From Tubiluchus corallicola (Eukaryota > Animalia > Priapulida): a stretch of DNA of 64,000 bases. Shown piece after piece: positions 27,801 to 40,300 of the stretch. Numbering within the stretch: position 1 is the first letter of the stretch; each line of letters starts with the position of its first letter. A program made the translations under genes and the position numbers. The notes under the pieces were generated by a model. It did no database searches. It was not told where the DNA came from and saw nothing but the letters and a program-made list of their open reading frames with translations. The stretch is from positions 1,242,282 to 1,306,281 of the forward strand of contig JAQGDQ010000016.1 of assembly GCA_030141605.1 (NCBI GenBank), in the 5' to 3' direction.

Positions 27801-30800
27801 ACCACCTGCATGATCAAATGCACGTTTCTTCATGATGGTGGGTGCCAAGTTACCAATACCTGTGCTGCCACCTGTAACCATTTCAGACATTCTCTGCAGT
27901 GGATCAGTTACAGAACGAGCAGGCCTGGCACTTTTACGCTCTGAAATAAATGTAAGAATTGCAATCACCAATGCAATGCAATGCAGCAAACGTTAAATGA
28001 TGCTCCAAGTCATAGGAAAAATCAAGCTGCACTAAGCATCTTGAACTCCCAGTAAGGTTCTTTTACCTTCTTAGATAAGCTACGTTTTGTCTAGGAATCG
28101 AGTGAATTCTACGAAAAACTGGAAAGCTAAATACAGAAATTTACAGTTTACAATGGCCCAGTCCATGAATGAACTTCGACAAATGTAAAGCTTTTGCTTG
28201 CATTTAGTCAAAGTACTTCCTTAAGACTGACTAAGTCAACCACACAAGCAATCTCATCAGCCAAGACAGCTTTCTAGATGGATAAGCTACGCTCACTATT
28301 GAAAACAAAGTTCTTATTTGATGAAACATAATGATGTGAAATTTCCCCTTACTTGTCTAGTATTCGTGTTTCAAAAATTAGAGGTGGCAACATCCTTCAA
28401 ATTAATTGACAAGCTTACGTGATACGCGGTCCTCCCGAGGCATTATCGCAGCGGGCTTGACGGGCGTGTCCCGAGACTCTCTAGTTGCAGTTCCTCCGGT
28501 AAGAACGTCTGGTTTGCCAGTTGATAAATCTATTCCCAAGCGTGCCACAATGTCGTCTGTTCCTGATCGCTTCTTAGCAACCATCTTGCCTATAATTACG
28601 TAAACACTGTACATGTATTATGGTGCAACTGTGATAGCTTAACAAAATCTACGCAAGCATGTAACATTTCAAAATGGCCAACCAAACCTATAAGACGAAT
28701 CAATGACTTGAATTAAAATACTACATTACGGAGAGAAATAAGGCAATTCAAAGAATCAACTAAAGGGTGGGTTGTGCTAACGCATTATCTATTTTACAGT
28801 TGACTTAAACCTGCCACTCTGTACGACAGAGTGGATGCTCGTACAAACACATTATCTGACTTCTGCTCTCATCAAGGATTTGGATGGTTTCTAGATGAAG
28901 CTTACTCATGGAATGACCAGAATAGCAAAAACAGTTGCAGGTATAGTCTGGTTCTGAGGGTGCCCTCATCACTGAGTTCACGTCGGTGTAACTTAAGCCA
29001 GCCACAAAAAAATTGTTTCTGTCTTACCTCATCAACTCAAAAGATGGCAGCAGGAAGGGAAGAAAATTTTTTTTTAAAGCTTTGTGAATGTGAATCGTGG
29101 AATATCAATTTCATTTGAAATTGAAGTTTGTTTACTTTCCACTGGTTAGTAGTAATGCTTTAAATTTTTTCAATGCACATTTATCACGCTTTGATTTTTA
29201 GCTTTTTGTTTCACATTACTAAACTGTCGTACAGTATCAATTATCATGTAGTCTCTTTTTTGTATAGTACAAATATATGATCTGATAATCACGCCTAAGC
29301 GGCAGTACTACTCGGGCGTTAATAGCCATTAATATGCTGATTAGGCAGAAAAAATTATACGTTCTAGCCTCCAATACAGTAATCAGCATCATACAAAATG
29401 GCAACCCTGGAGAGTTTGGCAACCCAAAAAACATGGATGCATCCTCGCTGAAATAATAATTATTGCATTTTACATTTGAAATTAAAAAGAATGAGTCGGT
29501 GAGACTTAATAGGGAAAAGCTGGGAAGAAGAAGATTTGAAATTTAAAAAAATACTATTTTACATGAGTGTGTCAGTATATGAACATACAAAAACAATTAT
29601 AAAATTACCCGGGTGATTAGATGGAAACAGAAGTATTTTTACTGTCGGCCTTAGGCATGAGAATCATAATTATTAATCCCCTCCTACATGCTTTGCCCAC
29701 CCTATTGTCACAAAGTTTGTTAGGCCAACATTAACATGTTGTTTTTTAGTTTTTTTATCTGCACCTGCGAGCGTTCAATGTAATAGTAGTATACTAGTAC
29801 TTATAACTGTAGAACAGTAGCAGTGGGAAAGGCAGCAGCAACAATTACTGAGTTCATTGCCTTTTAAATGTCTACTTAAAACAATGTGGGAATCAAGAAA
29901 TGGCTTCACTCTACCAATCTATAATTTATAAACTAATAGAAATGGCTTCACTCTACCAATCTATAATTTATAAACTAATAGACTATTTACTCAGCAAAAT
30001 GAAATATTTGTTATGGCTTTCATAACCTTACTTTGAATAAAATGGATGTATCCATATAATCTGCTTAAAATGTATATGAAGTATGACTATCACACATTTT
30101 AATTAAACTGTAATTATGTTAACCAACCTAAAGGTTTGTCTTTATCAGCAGCAATCCTAGCTTGGCATTCTGCTTTAATCGCTGCTGCATTGATTGGTTC
30201 AAAAGGTTTTCGCCCGGCGTGTCGAACTCGCAACATGTCACCACACACTCTCCGAGCAAGACGAGTCAGAGGTGTAGTGTGCAGGCAGAATGCTGCCCGA
30301 GTCTTTACAATGGGACGAGGACTCCCGGAGCGCATCGCGAAGCCATGCATAGCTGCACAGTGACGAACCAGCTGCGTGCGCATCTTAAACTCCTTTCCAC
30401 AACCTGCAAATGAACAAATTTGAACGTGCAATCATAAACCAGGACTATGAAACAGCCAAAAGACTAAACATGAAAATGATTTCTTTGTTGATTCAAGAAG
30501 CCAGAAAATCAATAATGTTTTGATGCAAAATAAAAATGTTTCTTTCACAAAAAGTGCGAATGAGAAAAAAAATGAGAAAAACTGTGTTCTTTGTATTTAT
30601 TTCCAGTCCTTTAAAACACTAGTTTTCATGAACTTTTTCAAGTATTTCCTAGCAAAAATTTGCTCACATATGCAAAAATACCTCCATAACTGTAGTTCAT
30701 TCAGCCTATCAGCACATGTGAAAATAAAGAGAAAACCATTAATAATTATGCTGGAAATTTTGATAGAAGTGAGAGTTCAGTGGACAGGGTTCCTACAGAA

Positions 30801-33800
30801 TTTTAAAATAAATTTCCATGACCTCCGAAACTTTTACCTGACCAAATATAGATTTTCCATGACGAAGATAAGCAGAAACTGTATTACCAGTAAACGTAAT
30901 TAAACATTTTTATGTGTGGACATTCATACATATACTGATATATAATGTGTCTGCACAATTGCAGTAGTGCTAACGAAATGACACTAATTACATTAAATAA
31001 ACTTTCTTAATCCAATCATTATTTTTGGCACAGAAATTGAAACTGGGAGCCTGCCATAGCAAAATTTTATTTGAATACGAATCGCTGAAAAATATGTTTG
31101 AAAAAATATCGGTCCATGGTGATTATTTTTGCAACGATTTCCAATTTCCCGGACTTTTCACCCCATTTTCATCATTTTCCCTGACTTTTCCATGACTTTC
31201 CAGGATAGCCTGCATTTTTAAGGATTTTCCCTGACCGTGGGAACCTGAGTGGAGCATGCATGTGACGGAAAAGGAGAGTAAATATTTCTACTGACATTCA
31301 TAAGTTCTTATCAAGGTTGTAGAGTTGTGTTTAATTTGACAAGATATATTCAATGTGAATTTTCTTTTATATTTAAAATAAATCGAGTCCAAAAAATGTT
31401 GCATGATTTTAATAAGTAAAACTGAACTGTTACTGTCACCTTGAATAATTTTCAACTCACCAAGAACACTGCATTTATATGTCTGCATCTGCATCTGAGC
31501 AGCCTGATTTTCTGCCTGCTCTAATCGGGTTGGCATTTTCAGGCCTCCGTACTTCTTCCAGTATGTCCAGCAGTTGGCACAAACACGACAGTGCAGGTGC
31601 GATGCACCCCAAGCATACCTGGGAAAAAAAACGTAAATAAAAATAGTGAAGTTCAACACAATAATTGCAGAAGAATTTAAAGTCAACAAACTGATCATTA
31701 GTGCCTTGGAATATTTTATACAATTTGCCACTCAGTACGCCAAGTTCAAGCCACTAGTAACAAGGATTATGTATTTTGACATGCATTTTTGAGGATAGAA
31801 GCTTCTCACAGTATCCTTTAAGATGAGAAATTGAACTGCTCATTTTTATTTATTTATTTTTAGTTATTACGAAAACACCAAACAACAATACAATATAGCA
31901 AAACACATTACGATGACAAGGTGTACATAAGATTATATAATTACATTAATTTCATAATAAAATTGGCATGACATGATATCATTAATGATGCAGGTGTTAG
32001 GGTGCAAAAAGGGAAGGTAAAAAATGATGGACTGATAGTGTAGGAGATGGGAATTAGTACGATTAGGTTAGTGAAATGATGTGGATTAGTTGAATATGAG
32101 ATTGCTATTAAGACATTGCAAAAATATATATATATATTTATGAACAGAAGTACACTATCGGCCAGTCTGTCACTCACTGTAAATCTGAACATACGCGTGA
32201 ACATACTATACAAGGTCAACCTTTAATTCGCATTAAAGAATAAAGTTTTCAAACTTTTTTTGAATCTTGGTAACGACGAAGTTGAATTAGTACTTGCAGG
32301 TATTTTGTTCCGCATGGTTATTGTCTCTTTACCACATTTGGAAGCACTTATCTCAAGAAATCTCTGACAGATAAACCCAATTGCCAAAACAGCTTACCAC
32401 TGATGTGAAACACTGGTAAAGCAGCTTTCACACGCACGAGAATCGACACCCTCAAATCCATTTCTTTGGCCCTGAATTGCTGCAGGGTTAGGTTTGTTGT
32501 AGTTTGGAATGTACACTTGTTTCAACTTGCTTTCTGCCTCAACGGCTTTTACACGTTTCTGCTGTACATAACGGTCTGTTGTTTTCCACATGTAGTAGTA
32601 TCTGAAATAAAAAAATGGATCACATAGAGTATAAAAAAACATAAAATTTTGAATGATCACCCAACGAAAAGATCGACGCTGGTCTCCACCAACTATGGCT
32701 TCGAACAATAACCTTTATTGAAAAATACTAAGCTAGAAAATTAATGCAGTGTTTGTGTTCTTTTTAAACAACTTTCACTCTTATAATTTCCAAACACACT
32801 TTTTTATCAAAAAACCATTTTACCATATTTCCAAGAAACACTTAAGCTCTTAAAAGGTTTTTCAGACCTAATATTATATTACTACTCCTTGCAAAATAAA
32901 ATTATGGATGTAAAATTGCAATCTAGCACCTGGATGTAAGGTATACCACTAATGTCACACAACTACATAAGGTAAAAGCAAAAAAACTAACCAGTTCTTC
33001 ATAATTTTAATGGCTACTCAAGCATCTGTTTATCTTAAGCAACAATTCAATGAACAAACACTTCACAATTAAATAGTACAGCAGGAAATAAAGTTAAGAT
33101 TATATACTAAAGAGTGATTGCTCTGAGTTCTAACAATTTCTCATCATTGTTTCATCTGCCATATTGGTGAACTGTTGACAAGTTGGCTTCTGGTAGTGAA
33201 ATGTCGCAAATCTTAAATCTATAAACCAAATTTTCAACATTACTGTACATGCGCATACTCTATAATGTTCTTTAAAGATTTCCATGGTAAGAAGTCTTGT
33301 CTAATGTCACCAAAATCTTTTCCGTATTTCTCAATGGCTTCTTCAAAAAGATTTGCTTCGGCAGCCGACCACTCCTCCATTTCATCGCGACACAAGACTG
33401 GGCCACTTGGTGGCACAAGTGTTGAAATTGCCTTTGAGAGATCGTAACCTATAAAAAATACACTCTAGCAAGACGTTGTTAACCGCAAAAAAAATTAAAA
33501 GTACATTATTGTATTAATGTACACAAAAGTGCATTAATTATAATAACTGCAAACAGGTTAACTAAACTGTGTAAATAAAATTTAGCTATATTTTTCTATC
33601 TAATAAAAAATACCACTCTATAAATTACAGAAAAGTAACAACATGAGACAGGCTTTCCAACGTTCACTACGTTTCAAACTTCAATTATAGAAACCTTGAT
33701 AAAATCCTCAAAAATCATACTCACTGCTAACACATACTGTGTTTTAAATATAGTAATTTTTAAATAAAAACTGTCATTTCAAAGGCACCTTTACACTAAC

Positions 33801-36800
33801 AACCAATAAATTGGTTGGTTACTATTAATTTAAGCAAGCTTAGACAAATTTTTTTAAGTTATATCGGATACAGTATATAGTTGCAGCTAGTACTTTGGCC
33901 AGAAATCTAAGCTCTCTAAAGCTAATACAGTAGGTGTCACTTAATAGACTCACTTTGGGACCGAAGTGTTTTTGTCCAATTAACCGACTGAACCTATTAA
34001 CCGATGGGTACAGTATTACTGGTATAGAAGTATGAGTCAACAGCTTACTATGCACTGCAAATGTTTTAATGAATTTTAATGGATCTGCTGTTGTATGATC
34101 ACGCATAAATTTTCGAAAGAAATACTTAGTGTTTGGCGTGCTTAAACTGTTAGTGGTGCCCGTGTTTCCCCGCAAGTAGCTTCGTCGGTAGGTTCGCCTA
34201 AGCTCCTGCTTGCTATAATTGTGACATACTTACTGTACTGTGTAACTACGGCCAAATCACGTTGAAAACACCGGTTCTCATCTGATCACCGAAGTTAAGC
34301 AACATAGAGCCTGGTTAGTGCGCCTAGGAATACCAGGTGCTGTAGGCTTGCGGGATGCCCACACTGTATCTCGACACTAGGCAAGGAGCTGCACAAGCAG
34401 CCAAAGACTAGAGGGCGGAGGAGGTCAAGTGACTCAATGGCCATGTGTAGAGGAGTAAACCTTCCAAATCAGGAGTGGAGCCCCGAAGGCGGACCAGTGT
34501 GCAGTGTGCTCACTGACTCCGGCAGCTCCTGCAGCCAACTTGGTGCCAAACGTATCGCCCCGCTTTCCTTTGGACTACACCAGGGATGCCAGCAACTGTA
34601 CTGTACCTGCATCCAGCAACATCTAACTGATAAGACATTCTGGCAAAAATAGTCAGAGCTTCAAAAACAAATCGCTAAGCAAGTGACTAAATGTTTAGCT
34701 TTCAAGAATTCTTGGGTAACCAGGTTAATTGCAGTGGCCAGGCGGGTCAAAGCAAACCATTAGGCTAGCATATTAGCATATGATAAACGTTCCTGCTTAT
34801 AAACAAAACGGTACTTAACATGATTGTTTCTTATGTATATTATAGGACAAAAGCGAACTAAGATGATATAAAAGTCATAAAAGCTTATTAATCATGGGAA
34901 AGTGTCTTATTGAATCATGTGAAGCAAAAATATTGATTCAATTATGCAGAGTTATTTAAGTCAATTACCGACAGTATTTATGTACATTTCAATAGAAGTG
35001 GCCCGTACCAGGCGTTTTTGAGTCAATTAATTGATTGAGTCTATTAACCGTGAGTCAATTAAGTGCACCTACTGTATCAATTTAATAACCCGCGCCTACA
35101 AAGTTATTAAAACAGAAAAGAAATATTAGCAAACTAATCAACTAAGGTGTTTACCGGACAAGTGCAATACATTCATTGCATGGAATAAAGTTACATCTCT
35201 AGAAGCAGCAGCCGCGCTCATGTGCAGACTCGGCTGTTTGACCGTACTAGAACAATCTAAAGCACGAGCAAATGTTCCCACTGACCGAGCAATGACCATA
35301 AACTGGTCAATTTGAATATCAGATAATGGATTCTCTGGCGTGTAAATAAGACTTTCCAGTTCAGACACAACACGATTGTCAGATTCACCTAAAAACAGAC
35401 AAACACATTAGTACAGCAAGTCTTCACTTAACGACGCTAATGCACTCCAGCAAAATGTGACATTAAGCGAAACGTCGTTAAACGAAACCAAGACTTCCAT
35501 GGAAAGTAATGTAAAAGAATTGAGATACGTTCCAGAAGCAAAAATCGATGCTGCTTAAATTGTATACATCAAATGTTTTATGAGTTTTATTCATATTTCT
35601 ACTGATTAATTGCCAGAAACCATCTATCTTTCTTACCAAAATCTAGCTAGACTGGATATGGGTCTATTGAAACCTGTATACAGACAGTTCACATTTAAAC
35701 AATGCAAAGAGAAGGCCTAGCCCTGCATGAAGCCATCTTGAGGCAATTTCAGGAAGTATTAATCTGGTTGTTATAGCAACAAGTTGCACACAAAATTCCT
35801 TGGCATCAAGTTTAAACTCAGGTGTCTGGAGACTGGATCGGCAAATAGATCTTCATACAAGCGGCTAGAATTTAGTACGCAGATAGTTGGGAACCAAAAG
35901 CATTATAATAATTACACTGTTTGGGTTACTAATGTGCTTTTAGAACAAAATTATGCAATTTGCATGGCTTTTATACTCCAAATTAGGCAAAAAAAAGTTG
36001 TTGATAAAAAATGGTTGTCAGCAACTTAAAAAATCGTCTTTAAAACGAAACGTGTGTCGTTAAGTGAGAAAATGGTGTCAAATGTTCAGCGGTGTTAAAA
36101 CGAAACGTTGTTAAACGGGGAGTCGTTAAGCAAGGACTTGCTGTAAATGAGAACTGAAAAGATATGGCTTCAGAATAACAAGAAAGCTCTGAGGGCATTG
36201 TGTTCCGTGCAGATTGATTTGTGACATTTTGTTGCTATTTTCTCCCTTTCAAGTGCAAAAAGGAAAAGCTGACTAAATCACTGCACACGAAGCCATATCA
36301 TAGTGCGATATCACGAACATTTCAGTGTTTTCTGAACTTAATCATGCGCTGAGTTGTCTGTATTTTTCAGATTAATGCAAATATATGTCATGTAAGCGAA
36401 GATCTTGGATAATCTATGACTTCATGCACCATTTTAATTCCTTTCTTTTTGCATTCAGTTGTCTCTGAAGTTTATACACTTGTCAAAGGCTCACTAAAAC
36501 AATCTAGTAGAAAAAGCCTTCTGACTGCTTTTTTGCACTTTTTTTCTGAACTTTTTTAGTAAAAAACAGATCTGGCAATTGATAAGCGCACAAAAGCAGA
36601 TGAGTCAAAATATTTTAGAGTGAAGACAATGTTGCGAGGTGCAACAAACATAAAACATATTGCAATAAAACATCTCAGAAATGTGTTCAATACCGATATT
36701 ACGATTCTTGTTTTTAGGCTGGTAAATTATAAGAAATATTTACATCAATTGCAAAACACACATTGCTTGAATGTAACAACTGAAAAGCTTATTCTCACAA

Positions 36801-39491
36801 AAAGTAATTTATGTAACATTAAATTACCTTCTCCAAGAAGGTTTTGTATCTCAGCTTGGAAGTTGCTCCCAACACGTATTTCTCCTTTATCAGCTAGCAA
36901 AGTTTTCTGCGTCGGATCATAGACTAATGAGTAGAAGAAAGCATCATCTCTGTCTAAGTAGCTGTTCAACGATTCAGTCTCATTTAGTAAGGCAACCGAG
37001 CATTTACCTCTGATATGTGTGGCAGGGAGTGTTTCAACCTAAATACAAAATAAATTGTGATAAGCACAGTTTAGATTGTTGTAACTTGAGCTTGTTAACG
37101 AAGTTATATTGAAGTTCATTTCTGAACAAATTCTGAAAGTAAGCAATTAATCAAGTTAAGCATTTTATCATTACTAGGGTTCAATCAAAAAATGCTTCTT
37201 AATAGTGTTTCCATGGGTACAATGCACCCAAGTAATTCATCACATTGTTTACTACCAGTGCCTGATAGTTCTACCCAATTCACACAATGAAAATGCAAAC
37301 GTTATTGTTAAGACGATATTGATCATTTAAGAATTTAAAATATAAAGGCCACCTTCTGCTGCACACTTCTGCAGTAACAGACAATTAACTGCTGCCTTGG
37401 CAGTGCCCAAGGCTAACAGCCAGATGACAGATGACGCCACTTTTGACATAGAGGTGACTTACAAAAAACAATTCATTACGATGAGGCTAACTATCCAAAT
37501 AAAACTATTTATTAAAGGAAAAGCTGATGATTGTTTAGACTCAATCTCATTTTAATTTACTGTCCAAAATATAAATTTTCTTGCCAATGAAAGTTAGCAA
37601 TTGTCTCTTATATTTGAATAATAAGCTTAGAAAGTTAATTAATGGCAACCAAACACAACTATTGCTTACGTCAGAAACTAATCACAGTTTGGGCAATGGC
37701 AGGTATCTTCCCTTGCGTGTCAAGCACATTTACAGTGTTATAGTACTGCGATGTCACGAAAATGGGCTCTATGTCATATGACGTCAGAAACTAACACTGC
37801 AGTTCATGATCATGGTTGTCACGGTAACGCCTTCTATTTGGCGGTCACATGCATGTGACAAAAAGGCGCTGTTGCCAATCTTAGTAGATTCACTGAGCCG
37901 TGCATAGCTTTGAAAGTTTAACAAAATTTGAGTATCCAAGGCAATTATTATTTAATCTCAGCTTTGATTTAAGAAAAGCTATTATAGTTTTCAATATTTT
38001 AGAGCACACTTTATTCTGAACTAATGTTTACCCAATCGTCCGGTTTTCCTTTAACAATTAAAAACCTATTTCACATCACTAACAATGATATGAATACTCG
38101 GATTTTTTAGTTTAACAACACACAAAAAGGATAATATTGATTATTTCATTCCCCTAGCCTCTACAAGTATTAATAGACCTCAGCACAGTACCTAGGCTGA
38201 CATATCTGACTCACTGATAAAAGCGTGTAATTAAGTAGTTCAGGAGTCTGACAGAATAAAACAGCCAAATATGGCATGAAGCAAAACATTAACTTTCGTG
38301 AGTTTCAGCTCACGAGTTGTCCCTCAGCATGCAATAAATGAATGCTTGTTGTTAATGTAACAGTGCAGTTAGTTGACATATACCAACGTTGCTTTTATTT
38401 TAATAATATAAATGACTTTAATTTCTTCACTGCTGTTGTATCTTAACAATTGTGCACCCAGGTACCCGACAATAATAATAATAATAATAATAATAATAGT
38501 AATTTTATCTTCCTCCATAAATATACAATGATTTGACAATAAAATACACAAAAATACAAACGAACATAGGAAAAAGGGTGGCGAAAAACCAAAGGTTATC
38601 GAGTCAACCACCCTTCTCAAAGGACAGTAAACAAAAGGATGCTAATGACACTAGACACAACTATATTAAAAAATACATAAACGTGCAGAAATACAAAAAC
38701 AAAAATACAACAGCAAAAAAAATCAAAAACCAAAAACCATGACAAATTTGCAAACTACTAAGCAACTCATAGAAAGTGAGTTTGCACCTTATAAAAAATG
38801 TTTTTTATAAGGTGTAAGGAAAATGGTATCGGTGTTAGATTTCTTCTGCACTTGTAAACACTACTTCCTAATATTACATTTTGATACTAAGACCTTACAC
38901 AAAGTTAATTCCTGAGAAATTATGAACAGATTCAGTAAAACTAAGTGGTTGGAACAAACCTGTAAACATGAAAACTGTGAAAGCATTAAAAATAGATAAA
39001 ACTGTTTTGATAAAAATGCTAATCTACTACTATAACACATCTTAACTGCATAAATAATAAATACACAGCTAAATAATAAAAAAATTGACAATTGCTTACC
39101 TGTCGGGAAAGAAAAAGTTCGCGATGCCGCAACTGATGGCTCTGTTTTTCAGACAGTTTATCATCATGCTCTTCTTCAAGAGCACTCTGATGTTTATCTG
39201 CCAGCATAAGCAGGCCTCCGGATATGTCCCGACGTCGATAAAAGCACATAACTTTAGCTTCAACATTTCCTGCAAAAACAGGTTGAGTAGCCAGTATAGC
39301 AACAATAACTTGGGCATATTTTCTACGTGCTTATCAGTGTGCAAGGATACATGCAGGAAATATTTTAAAAAAGTGTTCTACTTGCCCGTTTGTGTTTTAT
39401 TAAGTTCTTCTATTCTGCGAATGAGGAATGGCGATGTTGAGGACGTCTCGAAGAAAACGTAATCGCCGACTCGATACATGTTTGCTGCCAT
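24899..39491 (-). CDS. MTA1: Metastasis-associated protein (MTA1/2/3 family, NuRD subunit), 12 coding exons, 737 aa
   Basis: Manual splicing gives an open 2214-nt frame with consistent phases. Exons: 39491-39386, 39269-39100, 37038-36828, 35388-35155, 33448-33259, 32601-32398, 31618-31461, 30403-30128, 28589-28419, 27940-27797, 25386-25158, 25019-24899. Motifs: [15 protein letters not shown] (BAH), DKGEIRVG...[12 protein letters not shown] (ELM2), RDEMEEWS...[16 protein letters not shown] (SANT), CESC...[17 protein letters not shown] (GATA finger), KTRAAF and [11 protein letters not shown] (RBBP4-binding R1/R2 regions). The paralog number is nominal because invertebrates usually have one MTA. 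Confidence 0.97.
29898..29981. repeat. Tandem duplication, 2 x ~41 bp
   Basis: AAATGGCTTCACTCTACCAATCTATAATTTATAAACTAATAG occurs twice. Confidence 0.9.
30785..31247. mobile_element. DNA-transposon MITE with 6-bp TSD (MTA intron 7)
   Basis: Ends CAGGGTTCCTACAG/CCGTGGGAACCTG, subterminal TTTTCC(A/C)TGAC repeats, flanked by AGTGGA on both sides. Confidence 0.8.
34242..34594 (+). mobile_element. 5S rRNA-derived SINE (SINE3-like) or 5S pseudogene with appended body, in MTA intron 4
   Basis: 34244-34349 matches 5S rRNA (CTACGGCCA..CACGTTGAAAACACCGGTTCTC..GATCACCGAAGTTAAGCAAC..GCCTGGTTAGT..GGAATACCAGGTGCTGTAGGCTT) but lacks ~15 nt including box C. It is followed by a GC-rich body and flanked by ACTGTACTGT (34232-41, 34595-604). 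Confidence 0.8.
35414..36143. mobile_element. pogo/Tigger-like (Tc1/mariner) MITE in MTA intron 3
   Basis: TIR CAGCAAGTCTTCACTTAACGAC/GTCGTTAAGCAAGGACTTGCTG with TA TSD; a related end fragment lies near 43232. Confidence 0.88.
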
Positions 39492-40300
39492 GTTGCTTGT
39501 TGTTCACGAGCTGCAATAACATTCAACATAGGTGTAGTAGCAGCCTGAGTAATAGCCTAATATGTCGTTCGAGAAACCCAGTGAAATGATTTGCTTAACC
39601 TATAGTTGAATTTCATTTTGGGAAAGAAGACAAAGCTCAGCAAAGTAATCACTTATAATGCACTGATTTATAAAACTAAAATTTTCAAATTTTTCTTTTT
39701 CAATTTTATTTTAAAGTATTGCCTATATTATGACAGATCATAAGCTATTGCTGAACTGCACGTAATACATAGGAAAGATTTATGCAGAAGTGAAAAGCGG
39801 ATACGAAGCAAACTTAAAACAGAAAATGATCAGTGAAGTGACATATAGCAGGCCAGCACGACCCATCATTGGTGCAAGTTCGATGAAAGCCAACGATGCT
39901 GAAGGACTCGTCTCCAGTAATCTCACCGTTCATAGTCAGCTTTTATGTTCATGTAAATTATTTCATTTTAATGTGCGAATAAAAAATTGAATTGAATTGT
40001 ACAATAGGAGTAGCTTAACCAACGATGAATTACGGATGTGGAAAAGTTACAAGTGAGAACATTAATATTATAGACGCAAATTAAATGAAATTAAAATGCA
40101 TAACAATATGGTTACCAGCGTGTAATTAAGTGTAGCTTTTCCTCTTACAAATAAGGAAAATGCAAATAAAATCGCAGTCTCACAAAAACTTTTTGTTAAC
40201 ACATTTCTTTATGAAAATTCTATATTAAGAAACAAGAGAACATTCAAAAAAACTGTTCACTTATTGAAGCCGAAGCGCATTGTGGGAATTTGTTTACAAG
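39492..40300. promoter_or_regulatory. Probable bidirectional promoter region (MTA / SRPBCC-like gene)
   Basis: Head-to-head start codons about 810 bp apart. An acceptor-like TTATTGCAG just upstream of the MTA ATG suggests a non-coding MTA first exon inside this interval. Confidence 0.5.

Noticed and set aside
28805-29005. Extra MTA exon (minus ORF)
   Set aside because: The nearest acceptor gives an early stop in the required phase, and exons 8 and 9 join in frame without it.
30136-30413. Plus-strand ORFs overlapping MTA exons (also 28406-28603 and 39085-39462)
   Set aside because: Antisense shadows of real coding exons.
34244-34349. Functional 5S rRNA gene
   Set aside because: Box C region deleted, several substitutions, no oligo-T terminator, single intronic copy with a flanking duplication.
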